A DNA stretch of 63,446 nt, the filler included, from Phoronis australis (taxonomy: Eukaryota; Animalia; Phoronida): assembly GCA_002633005.1 (NCBI GenBank). It is 8 parts of 8 records of this genome, joined end to end, with 100 filler letters (N's around TTAATTAATTAA, not from the genome) between each part and the next. Parts side by side here need not be neighbours in the genome. Positions count along the whole stretch, not along the records: positions 1 to 29,262 come from NMRA01001116.1; positions 29,363 to 32,506 come from NMRA01003191.1; positions 32,607 to 34,751 come from NMRA01003832.1; positions 34,852 to 39,043 come from NMRA01002070.1; 4 more parts are not named here. One strand, written 5' to 3'. The notes under the pieces were generated by a model that saw only the letters and a list, made by a program, of their open reading frames with translations, was not told the origin of the DNA and searched no databases. Shown one piece after another: positions 23,512 through 35,162 of this stretch (position 1 is its first letter; each line of letters begins with the position of its first letter). Made by a program: the position numbers and the translations under genes.

Positions 23512-24020
23512 CCCCCCCCCTCAATGTTTTCCAAGTTGGTTTACTTGGGGTTTACACACGCTGGCGGTGCCGTTTTTGTTTTGCTGGAGACGCTTTTGTT
23601 TTTTTTAAATTTTTTGGTCCTGGCCCGAGGGGGGGTTTAAACCCCTTGAACCCCCCCGTGGATCCGCCACTGCTCGGGGAATTGGGCAAAGCGCTATTGT
23701 ATGCGTTGTATGTGCATAGGCTGCCCGAATGTTGCGGGTGCTGGGGATGTGGACCTCCCGTTCTAAAAATCCATAGGTGGACTAAAAAAAAACGGGAACA
23801 ATGATTCCGCAGCTGCCTGGGGTTTGAGCCCCCCCCCCCTCATCCGCTACAGGTCTTAGTTGCTGAACTCAATATTTCCTCACGTTGTTGCTGTTTCATT
23901 TTGCTTGGGGCAGCCAAGCGGGTGGAGGCGGGCCCCCTGCTCTTCCACCCTAAAATCCGCCTATGATATGCACTAGTAAGACCGAGTTCAGAGGAATATG
24001 TGACACCTATCAGCAATGAA

Positions 24021-24083
24021 GCCGGCAGGGTTTGAACCCAGTCTCCCAAGTGAGACTTCGGAGCTCTAATCACTCAGCCACAC
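24021..24083 (-). mobile_element. tRNA-derived SINE head
   Basis: Minus strand reads GTGTGGCTGAGTGATTAGAGC...CTGGGTTCAAACCCTGCCGGC, giving a Pol III A box and B box at tRNA spacing without a good cloverleaf. Confidence 0.55.
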
Positions 24084-24384
24084 TGTATTCTCGATTTGTC
24101 TATCATTGCAAAATATTTGTGATTCATTTCTATTTCAAACCTACGATGAATTCTCCGTTAGCACAGACGAGAAAAAAGTAGTGCGTGCGTGAACCGTGAG
24201 ATTTGTCGTGTGCAACTTGCCTTCGAAAAGTTTCTCTCCTAGCACCATGAATAATACCGGCAGTTCAAAGGTCGTAAATAATATCTCCGAGTCCATCGAA
24301 CATCTGTTTGATTCGATCATGTTCTGTTTCAATCAACAAATAGTGTAAAATGTTAGACTTGCCTAAAGTGCCGTAGTAGCTATG

Positions 24385-24637
24385 CATGCGCGCACCCAAC
24401 CTGAAATATAGGGAGGCTCGAATTTTTCGGTATGTCGACCTTTTAATGGAAAAATAAAACGGGGACCAAAAAAACAGGGGGTACTAGATTCAGACCTATG
24501 AATTGTGTATTCGCGCCGAATTCCTGTGGACTTATGTCTGGTTATTTCGGACTTTTTGTTTCTCTGAGGCGGACCTTTTTTCCCACTTTGTCAAATGGGC
24601 GGGGGCCTCGTTCGAGCTCCCCGTGGTTGCGCGCATG
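24385..24637. mobile_element. MITE-like insertion
   Basis: Inverted ends CATGCGCGCACC and GGTTGCGCGCATG about 250 bp apart; no clear TSD. Confidence 0.45.
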
Positions 24638-25625
24638 CAAAATAGACACTTAATAATCACTGACCACGGTCACAATAAACCTGAGACACTCGTATTCCCT
24701 ACATGTATTACCACGATGAAATGAGCACGGTCTAAGCGCAATGCATAAGCCTATACTTGTAGTAGCACTCGATCTGGGCCGGTGTCGCCGAGGGCCTGGC
24801 ATCACCCGCCCTAGAATGGAAGCAGTTTTTTCGTAATTCATAAAATTTGCAAATACACTTACAAGGTGACAAGTTATTCATCGTGACATGGCTTTTGAAA
24901 CACACTTTCTTGAATTGTGATGAACAAAGTGTGGCTCCCGACTGAATCGCATTTTCTACGCTTGACATTCCAAACTCCTGTGCAGCGCCCAAACAAATGT
25001 CACTTCTGAGCAGCTTTCACGTATTTAGGAAATTTTAACACAGAGCTAGACCAGAGGCACATCCAGGATTTTGAGGTATGGGGTGGCCAGGGCACGGGAA
25101 TAACCAGAATTTCGTCACATGGGCGCGCCCAGTCAACATGTAGGGATAAAAAAGCGCGAAGTTTTGGGTTTTTGGACCTTATTACAAAAAACGGTTTTTT
25201 TCAAGGCCTTCGCATTGTGCATTCTCCCCCGAGCCCCCAGTGCGCGCATATGCTAGTCAGCAATTCGCACCCCAAACTGCCAAATGGTATCTGGGAGAAT
25301 TTTAGGGGAGCATGACCCCCTTGCCCCCCCCCCCCCTAATTCCGCCACTGGAGACGTTCTCAGTCAAGTTCCTGTTAACAGTTACTACTGTACAGCAATA
25401 CACTGTATACTTAGGCACTCGCCCATTCGCCAATGCGACTAAAAATGGTGCTTGGCGAGTATAAGTTGACTTGCCGGTCGCCAGGGTGCGGGCTAGCGAA
25501 TTTTTAGAGCGCAAAGACACTATATCGTTTCCAAGATGAACATGAATATATTTACTACACCTTATGCTGTGTTTGGTCAGCGTGTGGTGGCTCCGGCAGT
25601 AAAAAACATCAGAGCAGTGTTATCC

Positions 25626-25694
25626 CTCGCTGGTTCCCTGCGTGCCACTAGGTGGTCGGTAGCCATCTGGCCAGGCACGTGGGGAACCAGCGAG
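25626..25694. other. 69-nt GC-rich hairpin, probably a transposon subterminal structure
   Basis: CTCGCTGGTTCCCTGCGTGCC pairs with GGCACGTGGGGAACCAGCGAG (21 bp including two G-T pairs). A related sequence recurs at ~45298-45325. Confidence 0.75.
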
Positions 25695-26409
25695 AGTGCG
25701 ATCCTATCAATTCAGTAGATGTCACCCATTACGCGATTCGTCTAGACAAAAGATCACAGTGTGCGTCGTGCACAAACAATTTTGTGGGCTAGTCCAAAAC
25801 GAATAAAAGGGGTTGGGAGGCGGGAGACCGGTCCATGTGCTCACAGCAAGTGAAATATCATATTTCCTAGAACTGATTTCTTATTGTAATGTATAACGTC
25901 ATTTTAGAGCCCATGCCCCTATTAGCGCCCCCTCCACTCGTTTTCCGACTTCGCTAAAATAAGCGCCGAGTCTACCATAAACGTGTACATACATGTATGC
26001 GAAAAATGCCTTAGATCCAGTTCTAAAATTCTACAGTAACGTCTTCAATTTATCAATAATATCCGACAATCTTGTGCGCGGAATTTCTAGACCACGAGCC
26101 TCTCCGCTATGTCGGTATTTAGCTGTACACTTCCGCAGTGCTTCATAAAGAACCCAAAAGTTTTGCTAATCTTGCGAGGAACGTGCCCCACTATATGACA
26201 GGCCTCTCAGAAAAGACGCAGCGTAGTAATCAACGGGACGGTATTGTATTTCCCGTACATCTAGAACGGGATCCCAGAGCTTTTTTGGGCATGAAAAAGT
26301 AACCAATTTTCTTTGGTGCCACAGTGCTCTGTGCTTGGAAATGGCCGTCTGACAGGTTCACTTTGGTGGGTGTGGTCAGGGGAGCCAAGAGAATGACACT
26401 AAACAGTTG

Positions 26410-27190
26410 AGCTAGATCAACTTTTCTGGTAACCACTTCAAACTCCCTTGGATACCTCCTACGTAATCCACTGTATCAAAATTGGTCACTGCCAAACCAC
26501 TTCATTGGTGGGGAGTGTCAGCCAGACGGTTATAAACAAGGTATAAAACTGAGCCAGATCAATCCAAGAGGTAACCGCGTGGAACCAGTTGCAAAATATT
26601 CACCGTAAGCCCAGGTAGGCCTATCACGAATGAAAACTGCCAGACAAATCTAGTTGTGGGTAAGCCCCGCCAAGCACGCCCAAATACCCGAGTTGAGCTA
26701 GATCAACCCACCAGGTAACCGTTTGAAACCAATTGCACGATGCTCAGCAAGGCAGTACATGGCACAATTTTTAGATGCCAGGCAATTTCAGTGGCGGGCT
26801 GCCCCTACCAGACGATTATCAAAAGGGGTTAAAAATTGAGCTATATCAGCCCAAGAGGTAACCACTTAAAACCAGTTCAAAAATATTCACAGGAAGCCCA
26901 GGTATCACGAATAAACACTGCCACACAAATCTAGTGGTGGGTTAGCCCCGCCGGGCATGCCCAAAGACCTGACTGGAGCAGTCAACCCAAGAGGAAACCG
27001 CATGAAACCACTTGCAAAATATTCGCCGTAAGCCCCGGTATCAAGAATAAATACTGCCAGACAAATCTAGTGGTGGGTTATCCCCGCCAGACACGCCCAA
27101 GTACCTGAGTTGAGCTTAATCAACCCACCAGGTTTGAAACCAATCGTCCGATGTTCAGGATCACTGCACGTGGCACAACAGTAAGATGCC
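26410..27190. repeat. Degenerate ~140-bp tandem repeat, about 5.5-6 units
   Basis: Unit heads GAGC(T/C)AGATCAA...GGTAACC...AAACCA start near 26410, 26551, 26695, 26838, 26976 and 27112. Confidence 0.85.
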
Positions 27191-29262
27191 CCAATCAGAC
27201 AAATAAAAGAGCAGGGCCGTAGGAAGCGGGAGGGGCGGGGCACGGGCCCCCAAAAAATTTTCAGGCGTCAGGGTAAACTGCGGCAACCGTGGGGCAGGGA
27301 CAGTCGAGAAAAGAAAGACTGTTAAATGTGGATAAGAGAGAAAACTCAAGAGAACATACTCACATAGTAATAACTCTGTATCAGTGCATAATATGGTTTA
27401 CCTTTTGAGGACCCGGGCCTGGTTGTTGGATCTCCGCTTTCGCACGTAATGATTCATGCATATATTTCGAAAAATCGACAAAACCTGTAAAGCGAAGCTT
27501 TTGCGGAGCGTATTAATTTACTGGATTTTTTTAATTCAGTAAGACAATTTTGCGACTGCAAAACCATATTTTTCAGAGGCCCCTCTCTGACAACTGTCTC
27601 TTTTTTCTCGAATTGTATATCATTTGAGAAAAATTGATGACCTGACAGATGTATCATCAATTGCTGCACACTTCTTGATCTTTGAAAATATAGACATTTT
27701 CACATAGAGGGGCCCCATGTCTGAAGGAAGCCATTGATGACATTCAAGTGGCCACAGTTTTTACGTTTCTACTAACAAATTCTTAAGGGTACGCTCACGG
27801 AGAGAGGTCCCATAATGTTGGGCTCGATTACATCTGTAAGTATATTTTCCTGTTTTTTGTGAAATCAACTTTTATGTTGAAGAAGGTCACTTCCTGCACC
27901 GTCGTCTGACCACACGACGGTGGAATGAACTGTCAGTCTTTTCCAAGCTTAATGATGTTTAGCTTTTCATAATGAAGGCGTCCCATTTCAAACAGCACCC
28001 TCTAACGGTGGAGCAGTTCGGAGAAATGTCCCTTTATCCCTCTATACATGTAAATCCGACACTGCCAAGTATTCACGAGGGAAGTTGGGATTCAAAATTC
28101 ATTCAAAAACAAAAAAAAAACATTCGTGCACAGCACAGCAGTATCAAGACATTCGCCCAAAGAAGCAGAAAATGTGAAAAAATACAATAGGATTGACCGC
28201 CATCGAAAGGGAGTCGGGAATTTTAAAGAAAGTGAGGACCGCTGTTTGTTAATTACACAAAAGGACTATGTCCGATCGTTAGTTATAAAATAATGTAACT
28301 GTTTCCAATATTATCACAGGAATACTATCTCTTTTGAAGATCGTTACTATGAGTTGTTTGTAAGGAATTACATGTATAACATGTAGAAAACACTGCTGTT
28401 GGGGTGACCGAGTACATGTCGAACTAGTGTACCCAAATGCTTGCAATAATAAACAAATTAAACAAATATTTGAGCGTTTTTTAGTTCAAGTTAAACTAGT
28501 GAACCGTTATAGGTACCTCGGAAAGAACAAAAATACACCTCAATATGAATGCCCAATCTCTCATTTCCCCCCGGTTAGCCGTCAAAAATCTGCGACATGC
28601 CTGCGGAACTTGCTTATAATATTCCATTTTGATCAACAAATTCGTTTGTTTCTGATAAACATGTTTATGTATCTACCGACGGGTTAATTTGTGATTTTTG
28701 GCAATTAGAAGCTAATCTTTTAAGAAATGATGACGATTCAGGGAATTTAGTTGAAGCCTGAATATGGAAAAAATAATACTATCCACAAATAGTGAAGTGC
28801 ACTTAGACGCTTTTTGCCTATCAAAAATAATTCTCAAAAACATTGATGAAATTAAGAAGCTGTATTATTTTCCCCAGCAACCAGAAACTGGACTACCGGG
28901 TGTGTTTCATCAAAGGATTCTGAATCGGCCACAAAGGCACTCATACCAGGCACCTCGGGACCTCACCTTTCCAAAAAATACTTCAAAGAATGACCATAAT
29001 AAAATGAAGTTTTCCCGAAACTGGAACAAAATAAAAGGAACTTTGACCTTCGACCCAGCTATAGTTACTCCAGGCAGCTCCCAGCTACTCGTCAGTGCGT
29101 TCGGGGCCTAGACCCATTCTTAGTCTCCGTGAATCTTTGTTGGTTCACGGTTACTCAAATCCTGATGGCTGCACCCCCGGTATTACGCCAACCGATGGCG
29201 GACATAAGGGGTGGGGTTCGGTACAAATATAGTGACATCCAGAGAACAGGGGGAGGGGGGGG

Positions 29263-29362
29263 NNNNNNNNNNNNNNNNNNNNNNNNNNNNNNNNNNNNNN
29301 NNNNNNTTAATTAATTAANNNNNNNNNNNNNNNNNNNNNNNNNNNNNNNNNNNNNNNNNNNN
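29263..29362. other. Artificial contig linker
   Basis: 44 N + TTAATTAATTAA + 44 N (stop codons in all six frames). Confidence 0.97.
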
Positions 29363-29897
29363 TAGTGCATATTTTATGCCTTTCTACTTTGAGTTAAAGT
29401 TATCAGGAGAATTTCAATTAAGACGAGTGGGAACAAAAAATTTGATTAAATCAGATTATGTCCAATTGAAATCATAGCAACTCAACTACGTGCTAGGATT
29501 TTATGCTCAACATTTCGCCATTCAGGCTAACAAAGCTGCTCATTCATTGAACCAGCAGCAGAGCTCTGTTGCCTTGAATCCGTGGTAGTTTGCTGTGTAT
29601 GAGTATACTTGTTCTCGGTTCATCTAGTTTAGTATTTGACTCTGTCGAGTGTACATCAGGTTATTGTCTTGATAATGCTTTAGCAATTGAAGCGAAATGT
29701 TGAGCATGAAAATCTACGCACTTGCTGCGCTGATATTTAAATTTCAGTTATAAAAAATCTGCTTTATATTTAGTGAACATTCAGCTGTGTGCTGAAAGTA
29801 GGGTGAGCTTCCTGTGGTTACCTGTTTCCTGTTTATTCATGAGATTTGCCAGTTGATAAATTCATCAAACCTTTCGCAACCGTTTCCTGTTTTCCAG

Positions 29898-30069
29898 GTC
29901 AGTATGGACTCTGAGGGAATCAAGTCATTGCCAGATGACAACAACAAGCCTCTTGCTGATGTGTTAGCGCTGGAAGTTGGCAATATCGGGGAAAACATGA
30001 TAGCGCGTCGTGCTGTGGGTTACCGTATACCCCCGGGCTGCCACATAGGTCACTATGTGCATGTTGCAG
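29898..30069 (+). CDS. TSFM: Internal exon of mitochondrial elongation factor Ts
   Basis: Acceptor ttcctgttttccAG (AG at 29896-29897) and donor GTAAGG at 30070. The peptide VSMDSEGIKSLPDDNNKPLADVLALEVGNIGENMIARRAVGYRIPPGCHIGHYVHVA matches the EF-Ts L-x-D-x-LAL-x2-G-x2-GENM-x2-RR...G-x-YVH signature. Confidence 0.85.
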
Positions 30070-32325
30070 GTAAGGTTGATTATGAAGCATTGTTGTGACT
30101 GCACGCACTAAAAGTAATAGGGAAAACTGACATGGACATCTTGTTGTGACAGCCAGCACATTTTTAATTCACCTTCATTACAGCTCAGCCCAAACGATTT
30201 ACATTCACACTATCTGAAAGGCAAATTTTATGGGGTCATTTCCTGTCGTGATGCGAAATCAGAATTGTGTCTTTTTCTTTTAGTGGGTACTGTAATGAAA
30301 AAGCCAAGTGCTTGACATGAATACTATATGAAATTATTGATTGATAATTTGAAAATTTTAGAAAAGAAAGTCGGTGACATTAAATGCAACAAGATCATAG
30401 CAGTATTTGACACCTGAAAGCAAAACAAATACGTCGAAGAGCAAGATACTGACAGAACATTGTGAGTTAAGCACAGGTGTGTCTGTAAGACTTGACTGAA
30501 GGACTTCAGCCTTTACGAAACTCTGGGAAATTTTCTACTGAACATGCCAAAAATTATGGAACGTGATGTGAAATTTCCTGTCACAACTACTACGCGCAAG
30601 TTTATTTTGGTGCGCCGTTTTTGTTGTTACAAAGAGAATGTCTGCCACGATAGGGAAACGTCTTGTCGTCTGATTAATATTTTTTTATGGTTACTCATCT
30701 TTTCTGTACAGCTCTATCAATACTGGACTGCTTGTTTAACCATCAGACACTCGGTCAATGGTGCTGGCATTGCTAGTACTGTGTCTGGTAGTTTCTCTGT
30801 TGGAACAGATCTCACTCCGTTGAGATGAATCTGAACATGCTCAAGTGAACGCATAATATTCAACCTATGTTAGAATTGATTTTGAGGCTTCAAGATCAGT
30901 GTCACCATTGGTAGCTTTTCAAAAAAAAAAAACAGCAACCCCACTGATCTTGGAGGTATATTTCAGCTTTAATTGCTGTTTACATGATCCACTATAATCC
31001 TCAAGGGTTGTGTGACCAGCCAGAAAAATGTCCAAATTTGTCTGAGTTCAGAACATCATGCCTCAGATATGACTAAACCGATTTGTATGAAGGGGCTATA
31101 AAAACTAAACAGTTCCATAAAACAAAAACGAAATAATTAAGTGTTTCAAGATATGATCTGGAACATTAATATCAAACCAAATTTGACCTGGCATGTTCTT
31201 GATACAGATATTTTGCTGTGAATTGATTTCTTGTTTGCTTATAATTTGCCTTCCATTAAAATTAGCTGTTGAGTTAGACCACCAACTAGACAAGTATAAA
31301 GTGATCTGACTGAGAGCAGACTCAATCAGTTGGCTTGTTGTAGCAGGTCATTTTATGTTCTGAACATGGTGTTGAACAGTGGCAACAAATATCTGTTCTG
31401 TGTGAGCTCTAAGTAAGGAGCACATTGAGTCTCTTTTGTGGTTGAAATCAGAAACTTGTTTTTTGACAGAAGGTGTCGCTTTTAAGTGCTTTAAATCACC
31501 ATTTACCTTGATTGGATGAGTGACTACACTGTCAGTATCATGAAACCTTCATCTATTCAGGGCTTGGAGTTTTCCTCGGATTTACTCTTTTTCTGTTTCA
31601 ATTTCCTGTTATTTGATTTCCAGTTCCTCTTTTTTCATCTCTTTTTATCATTATTTTGACTTTATTCGTGCAAAAACGTTTATTTAAGTTAAATTTTACA
31701 ACACAAAAAACATTTCCATCACAGGAGCCAGTTTGTGGAATGATACGTCACCTGGAAAATTTCCCACACTCCTCATTCCAACCCCTGCTCTATAGCACTG
31801 CATATCACAATCATGAACTTAATATCCCAAAAACAAGAAAATAGAAGAAAAATGACTTCAGTTGAAAGTTTCTTATGTCCACAGTATGACTGATGTATGA
31901 ACAAACCCAAAGTCAGTGTGTTATGTCCACCAACAAGCTAGTTTCTTGTACAAACTTGACGTGCTATATTCGCACTTTTCTGAAGTCTTGCAAGAAAGTG
32001 AATAGCGCCACAAGGTTGTCAAATACTAAAGTTGTCACAATCACCAAAAGCGCAATGACCCACCGTCCCTTAGTATATCATAAACTATGGTAAAACGTGC
32101 CACTGTCGGACGACTTCACACTAAACATAGTGTAGGATGATTAGAGCTATGATTGGTTGTCGTGATTTTAGGTAGTGCGTAGCAACCAATGGACACTTGT
32201 AACTCGAGATCAGCTAAATAAAATTTCCTCAAATAGTGTTTGTGGGTGTTCCAGTTTGACAGTTTTGATTAACTTGTGTGTTTGTTTCTCGGTGTTTTGA
32301 TATGAAATTGATGATTTTAAGCTCG

Positions 32326-32506
32326 GTAAGTGATGTGGTCAGCCCAACTGCCCATCTGTAAGTGATGTGGTCAGCCCAACTGCCCATCTGTAAGTGATGT
32401 GGTCAGCCCAACTGCCCATCTGTAAGTGATGTGGTCAGCCCAACTGCCCATCTGTAAGTGATGTGGTCAGCCCAACTGCCCATCTGTAAGTGATGTGGTC
32501 AGCCCA
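32326..32506. repeat. Perfect 32-bp minisatellite, ~5.7 copies, running into a linker
   Basis: Unit GTAAGTGATGTGGTCAGCCCAACTGCCCATCT; copies are identical and have no spacers. Confidence 0.97.
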
Positions 32507-32606
32507 NNNNNNNNNNNNNNNNNNNNNNNNNNNNNNNNNNNNNNNNNNNNTTAATTAATTAANNNNNNNNNNNNNNNNNNNNNNNNNNNNNNNNNNNNNN
32601 NNNNNN
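32507..32606. other. Artificial contig linker
   Basis: 44 N + TTAATTAATTAA + 44 N. Confidence 0.97.
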
Positions 32607-33357
32607 ATATACTCACTGGTTTATTATCAGTGATCCAGCATTTGCAATATTCACACATCTTTCGAGGTTGAGATTTCCAGTATGTCGCCCTGAAAAAAGT
32701 TGAGAATGGTTATAATGGTTTTGAGTAAACAAGGACAACAATGGGGCTTTTTATCCCAAGGACCACTTTCTTGCAGTCAATACAAAATACAAAATTTAAA
32801 CAAAATACACGGAAAAAATGAACAATATTATTTTAAAATTAAGTTTAACAAAGCACAGGTAAACAGCCCAAAAACAATATCAGTTGCCATTTATGTGCAG
32901 TAGATTAACAAACGGGTAAGCCCCATCTGGACCTATTCAATAGTTCAAAAGGGTGGATGCTTTAAGCTGCAGAGTGTGGGATCTCGTATACTTTTTGCAT
33001 ACTCTACAACTTTTTGAACTAATTAATCTGCCTCCTAATGGCTGTTGTGTTAGCCTAACATGCCTATGGTTATGTTTATGGCCAGCCAGCATTATAGTAG
33101 ATGAGTCCAGGACAGCAATAGTCAGCAGTCATTGCATCAACCTTCTCTGCCAGTGCCAGTGGAACTCAGTGATTGAGTGAGATATGGGCCCAGGATCTAA
33201 TCCATTTACTTGAAATCGAACTCGAAAATATATTTGCATTTTACCATTCTTCTTTAAAACAAACTGTGCTTGAGAATATTTAGCCAGTCAACTAGCTGCA
33301 TGAAGTCTATGAAGACTATCATCAAAATACATGTAGACTCAGGGACATTTCTGGAAT

Positions 33358-34239
33358 TAGGCAATGACCATCTCCTCTGTTGGCCCGAACCAGAGGCGAT
33401 GCAGAGGCTATAGGCGCTCTGTACACCGGAAGCTTTTCGGCGAATTATGCCTCGCACCGACTAAACCATCAGTCACATTGTTATAAATACCTTTTGCGCA
33501 TAGAGGAACACTTGAGGAGGTTGTCGATGTGTTTAATTCCTTCCAACTCGAACAAATACTCCCATTATCAAACTTTTTCTTCGAGCAGTCCCTATTTCAG
33601 TTCCCAAAATCGTAAACTCACCATTTTTATACTGCGCACGCTCCAATTTTTACCACGCTCGCTAGGTGATGTGACGACTTCATGACCTCAATCTTTAAAT
33701 AGGCCAAAGGTGAGCCATTGTAGTCTTGTCAGTCAAATGTTCGTTTCCAAAATGCCACCACTTATACTTGTCTTTAATTGGCGTTACTTGAAACTGTTTG
33801 TATTTCAATGAATTATTGTTTGTATTTGATAAAAATAAATGCTGTTGATATGACATTTAATAGTCTTTGTGCACATATTTGACATTTTAATGTTTAACAA
33901 CACGGCAAATGCACGGCTGGTTCCCGGCAGCACGTACGCGAAGGGCTGGAACTTCAGCTTTCAAAGTTCGACGGTAGGTCCGCAACTTCTGACCTTCGGC
34001 CTGGTTAAAAAAATGAAAATGTTGATTTAACGATTTTGGGAACTGAAATAGGGACTGCTCGAAGAAAAATTTTAACCTCCTAAGGTGTTCCTCTATACGC
34101 AAAAGGTATTTATAACAGCGTGACTTTGATGGTTTAGTTGGTGCGAGGCATAATTCGCCGAAAAGCTTCTGGCGTACAAAGCGCCTATAGCCTCTGCATC
34201 GCCTCTTGTTCGGGCAACAGAAGCGATGGTCATTGACTA
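33358..34239. mobile_element. Non-autonomous foldback DNA transposon with long TIRs and a 9-bp TSD (Mutator-like or AcademH-like)
   Basis: Ends are TAGGCAATGACC and GGTCATTGACTA with inverted arms of roughly 200-250 bp. TTCTGGAAT flanks both sides (33349-33357 and 34240-34248). Confidence 0.88.
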
Positions 34240-34361
34240 TTCTGGAATGTGCCTTTGCGCCATTAGCACATAAAAAAATAAAAAGGCGTTAGTACATTGC
34301 AGCAGTGCAACCCCCAACCCCTACAACACTCTTCCAAAAACACAAGATTCTAGTCAACTTA

Positions 34362-34751
34362 TAGGCAATGACCATCGCCTCTGTTGGCCCGAAGCAGAAG
34401 CGATGTAGAGGCTATAGGCGCTCTGTACGCCGGAAGCTTTTCAGCGAATTTTGCCTCGCACCGACTAAACCATCAAAGTCACGTTGTTATAAATACCTTT
34501 TGCACATAGAGGAGCACCTTAGGAGGTTGTCGATGTGTTTAATTCCTTCCAACTCGAACAAATACTCCCGTTATGAAACTTTTTCTTCGAGCAGTCCCTA
34601 TTTCAGTTCCCAAAATCGTGAACTCACCAGTTTTATACTGCGCACGCTCCAATTCATGACCTCAATCTTTAAATTGGCCAAAGGTGAGCCATTGCGGTCT
34701 TGTCAGTCAAATGTTCGTTTCCAAAATGCCACCACTTATACTTGTCTTTAA
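34362..34751 (+). mobile_element. Second copy (left part) of the same foldback element, truncated by a linker
   Basis: Begins TAGGCAATGACC and is collinear with 33358-33777 apart from small indels. Confidence 0.82.
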
Positions 34752-34851
34752 NNNNNNNNNNNNNNNNNNNNNNNNNNNNNNNNNNNNNNNNNNNNTTAAT
34801 TAATTAANNNNNNNNNNNNNNNNNNNNNNNNNNNNNNNNNNNNNNNNNNNN
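34752..34851. other. Artificial contig linker
   Basis: 44 N + TTAATTAATTAA + 44 N. Confidence 0.97.
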
Positions 34852-35160
34852 CGGGATGTTGTTTTGTAGGTGAAGTTTCAGTGGGGAGTGGGGATTTAGC
34901 AGTGATTATAGCGTGGTTGTTGGAAAGTGGGGGAAATTTTTGGGGAGTTGGGGGAGGTGGTGAGGGTATGTAGGGAGTTAGGACAGGCGGCACCTAGGGG
35001 TAGGTGTTTGAGGGAGTGTCAGGTGGTTTTGCTGTCTTGGAAAGGGGTGGACGTGTTGATAAGGAGGTTATCGGTAGGACAATTGCGGAAGCTCTTGAAG
35101 GATTTAGCATTTTACAGGTCGCAGAGTGGGGTGTTGGTTCGAGAATCGGTTGAGAGTGAG
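34852..35160 (-). mobile_element. Possible highly decayed retroelement fragment (Neptune-type Penelope linker region)
   Basis: Strongly C-rich minus strand with a weak resemblance (DSKT...LPLGAACPNSLHTL...PRYNHC) to the region preceding GIY-YIG in Neptune-type PLEs. Confidence 0.25.
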
Positions 35161-35162
35161 TC

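Larger units (their letters stand above)
21557..23672 (-). mobile_element. hAT-type element (inner layer) with 5-bp TSD CTCGG, carrying a transposase remnant
   Basis: TIRs are CAGTGGCGGATCTA and TGGATCCGCCACTG; CTCGG flanks both sides (21552-21556 and 23673-23677). The element spans the N gap at 23288-23511. Confidence 0.8.
21509..23965. mobile_element. Non-autonomous hAT-like element (middle layer) with 5-bp TSD ATATG
   Basis: Ends are CATTGGCGGATCTAAG and CTAAAATCCGCCTATG; ATATG flanks both sides (21504-21508 and 23966-23970). Confidence 0.75.
20942..25350 (-). mobile_element. Old hAT-type DNA transposon relic (outer layer of a nest), ZNF862/C17orf113-like
   Basis: Imperfect ~85-bp terminal inverted repeats, CAGTGGCGCAATTAGGGG... 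(20942-21026) and ...CCCCTAATTCCGCCACTG (25270-25350). Minus-strand remnants appear in hAT order: a zinc-finger-like piece (~24990-24800), a segment at ~24330-24140, and AVNENADIVSKGFLG plus CIAH (~21500-21380). No TSD is recognisable. Confidence 0.5.

Noticed and set aside
23129-23804. ORFs spanning N runs
   Set aside because: They are artefacts of translating through unknown bases.
32326-32506. CRISPR-like array of 32-bp repeats
   Set aside because: The units are contiguous and identical with no spacers, there are no cas genes, and the context is eukaryotic.
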